A program made the translations under genes and the position numbers. A stretch of DNA of 16,627 nucleotides, taken from the NCBI GenBank assembly GCA_038248345.1, contig JBBRXO010000063.1, positions 1 to 16,627 on the forward strand, given 5' to 3'. Of this stretch, positions 15,841-16,627 are shown piece after piece. The stretch comes from Armatimonadota bacterium (lineage in GTDB: Bacteria; Armatimonadota; Hebobacteria; CAIYQO01). Position 1 is the first letter of the stretch, and every line of letters begins with the position of its first letter. Under the pieces are notes generated by a model. That model had not been told where the DNA came from, made no database searches, and saw only the letters and a program-made list of their open reading frames with translations.

Positions 15841-15977
15841 GCATTAGGCCAGAATGCCATGCAACGCTACCCTTACAGGACAGATAATTGCTCTGGGTTG
15901 CGCGGAATCTACGTTATGAGTTTCGTTTTTAGTTACCTGCATCCATATACTTGTGGTTAGCGAAAACAATCCTACAA

Positions 15978-16033
15978 AACCACAAAAGCACGAAGAGAGT
16001 TATTTCTCTTCGTGCCTTCGTGTTTTCGTGGTT
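15978..16033. repeat. Hairpin repeat and probable terminator downstream of the metY-like gene
   Basis: GCACGAAGAGA/TCTCTTCGTGC 11-bp stem, outer AACCAC/GTGGTT, and TTCGTG three times at 8-nt spacing. Confidence 0.7.
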
Positions 16034-16046
16034 CAAATATTACGAA

Positions 16047-16625
16047 CTATACCGCCGCCAGCGCCTGGTCGAGGTCGGCGATGATGTCTTGCACGTCCTC
16101 GATACCTACCGAAAGGCGGATGAAGTCGGGGGTAACCCCGCTGGATAGCTGCTGCTCACTCGACAACTGCTGATGCGTGGTGCTTGCCGGGTGGATGATC
16201 GACGTCTTGGCGTCACCGATATTGGCCAGGTGCGACGCGAGTTTGACGTTACGGATCACGGTCTTGCCCGCTTCCAATCCGCCTTTGACGCCGAAGCCGA
16301 TCAGCCCGCCGAAACCGTGGCGGAAGTAACGCTTCGCCAGGTCGGCGGAGGGGTGCGTAGCCAGGCCGGGGTAGTTCACCCAGCTCACCTTCGGGTGGTT
16401 CACCAGGTATTCCGCCACCTTGGCGGCGTTGTCGCTGTGGCGTTGCACGCGCAGGCCCAGCGTCTCCACCCCCTGCAAAATGAGGAAACTATTGGTGGGG
16501 CTGATGGCCGGGCCCAGGTCGCGCAGGAAGTTTACGCGTGCCTGCAGGATGTAGCTCAGGCTCTTCAGCGGCTCGGGCAGGTTCCACCAGATCATGCCAT
16601 GATAGCTTTTATCTGGCTCGGTGAA
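16047..16625 (-). CDS. metY: O-acetylhomoserine aminocarboxypropyltransferase/sulfhydrylase, 5' truncated by the window
   Basis: FTEPDKSYHG, LRDLGPAISP, QGVETLGLR, VNYPGL, HLANIGDAKT, HPASTTHQQL and IRLSVGIE. Confidence 0.9.
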   Translation of the reverse strand, partial: FTEPDKSYHGMIWWNLPEPLKSLSYILQARVNFLRDLGPAISPTNSFLILQGVETLGLRVQRHSDNAAKVAEYLVNHPKVSWVNYPGLATHPSADLAKRYFRHGFGGLIGFGVKGGLEAGKTVIRNVKLASHLANIGDAKTSIIHPASTTHQQLSSEQQLSSGVTPDFIRLSVGIEDVQDIIADLDQALAAV

Positions 16626-16627
16626 GC

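Noticed and set aside
15951..16148. 65-aa plus-strand ORF (and 6260-6523 on the minus strand)
   Set aside because: Both translate palindromic repeats and overlap real genes, with no recognisable motifs.
362..16627. DGR template repeat, reverse transcriptase or avd
   Set aside because: I found no AAC-rich copy of 221-340 and no RT-like ORF on either strand.

Overview
Bacterial chromosomal window of mostly housekeeping genes; the lineage cannot be fixed from sequence alone, and Armatimonadota-like is only a guess. It opens with the 3' end of an FGE/SUMF1-type C-type-lectin-fold gene whose last ~30 codons look like a diversity-generating-retroelement (DGR) variable region, with no template repeat or reverse transcriptase in the window. 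Next come gpmI, an ABC-type ATPase plus DUF4276 TOPRIM-like pair (candidate defence module), a minus-strand CBS / Prok-RING / FHA operon, a glucuronokinase-like GHMP kinase and a 1116-aa secreted TIGR03790-family protein. These are followed by queD-fmdB, efp - accB-like - pilin-like - accC - nusB, and the 3' part of an O-acetylhomoserine sulfhydrylase. The strongest oddities are the DGR-like variable region, a BCCP-like protein whose biotin-accepting lysine is replaced by His, and a dense set of palindromic and heptamer intergenic repeats of several families. All family assignments come from motif recognition, not database searches.
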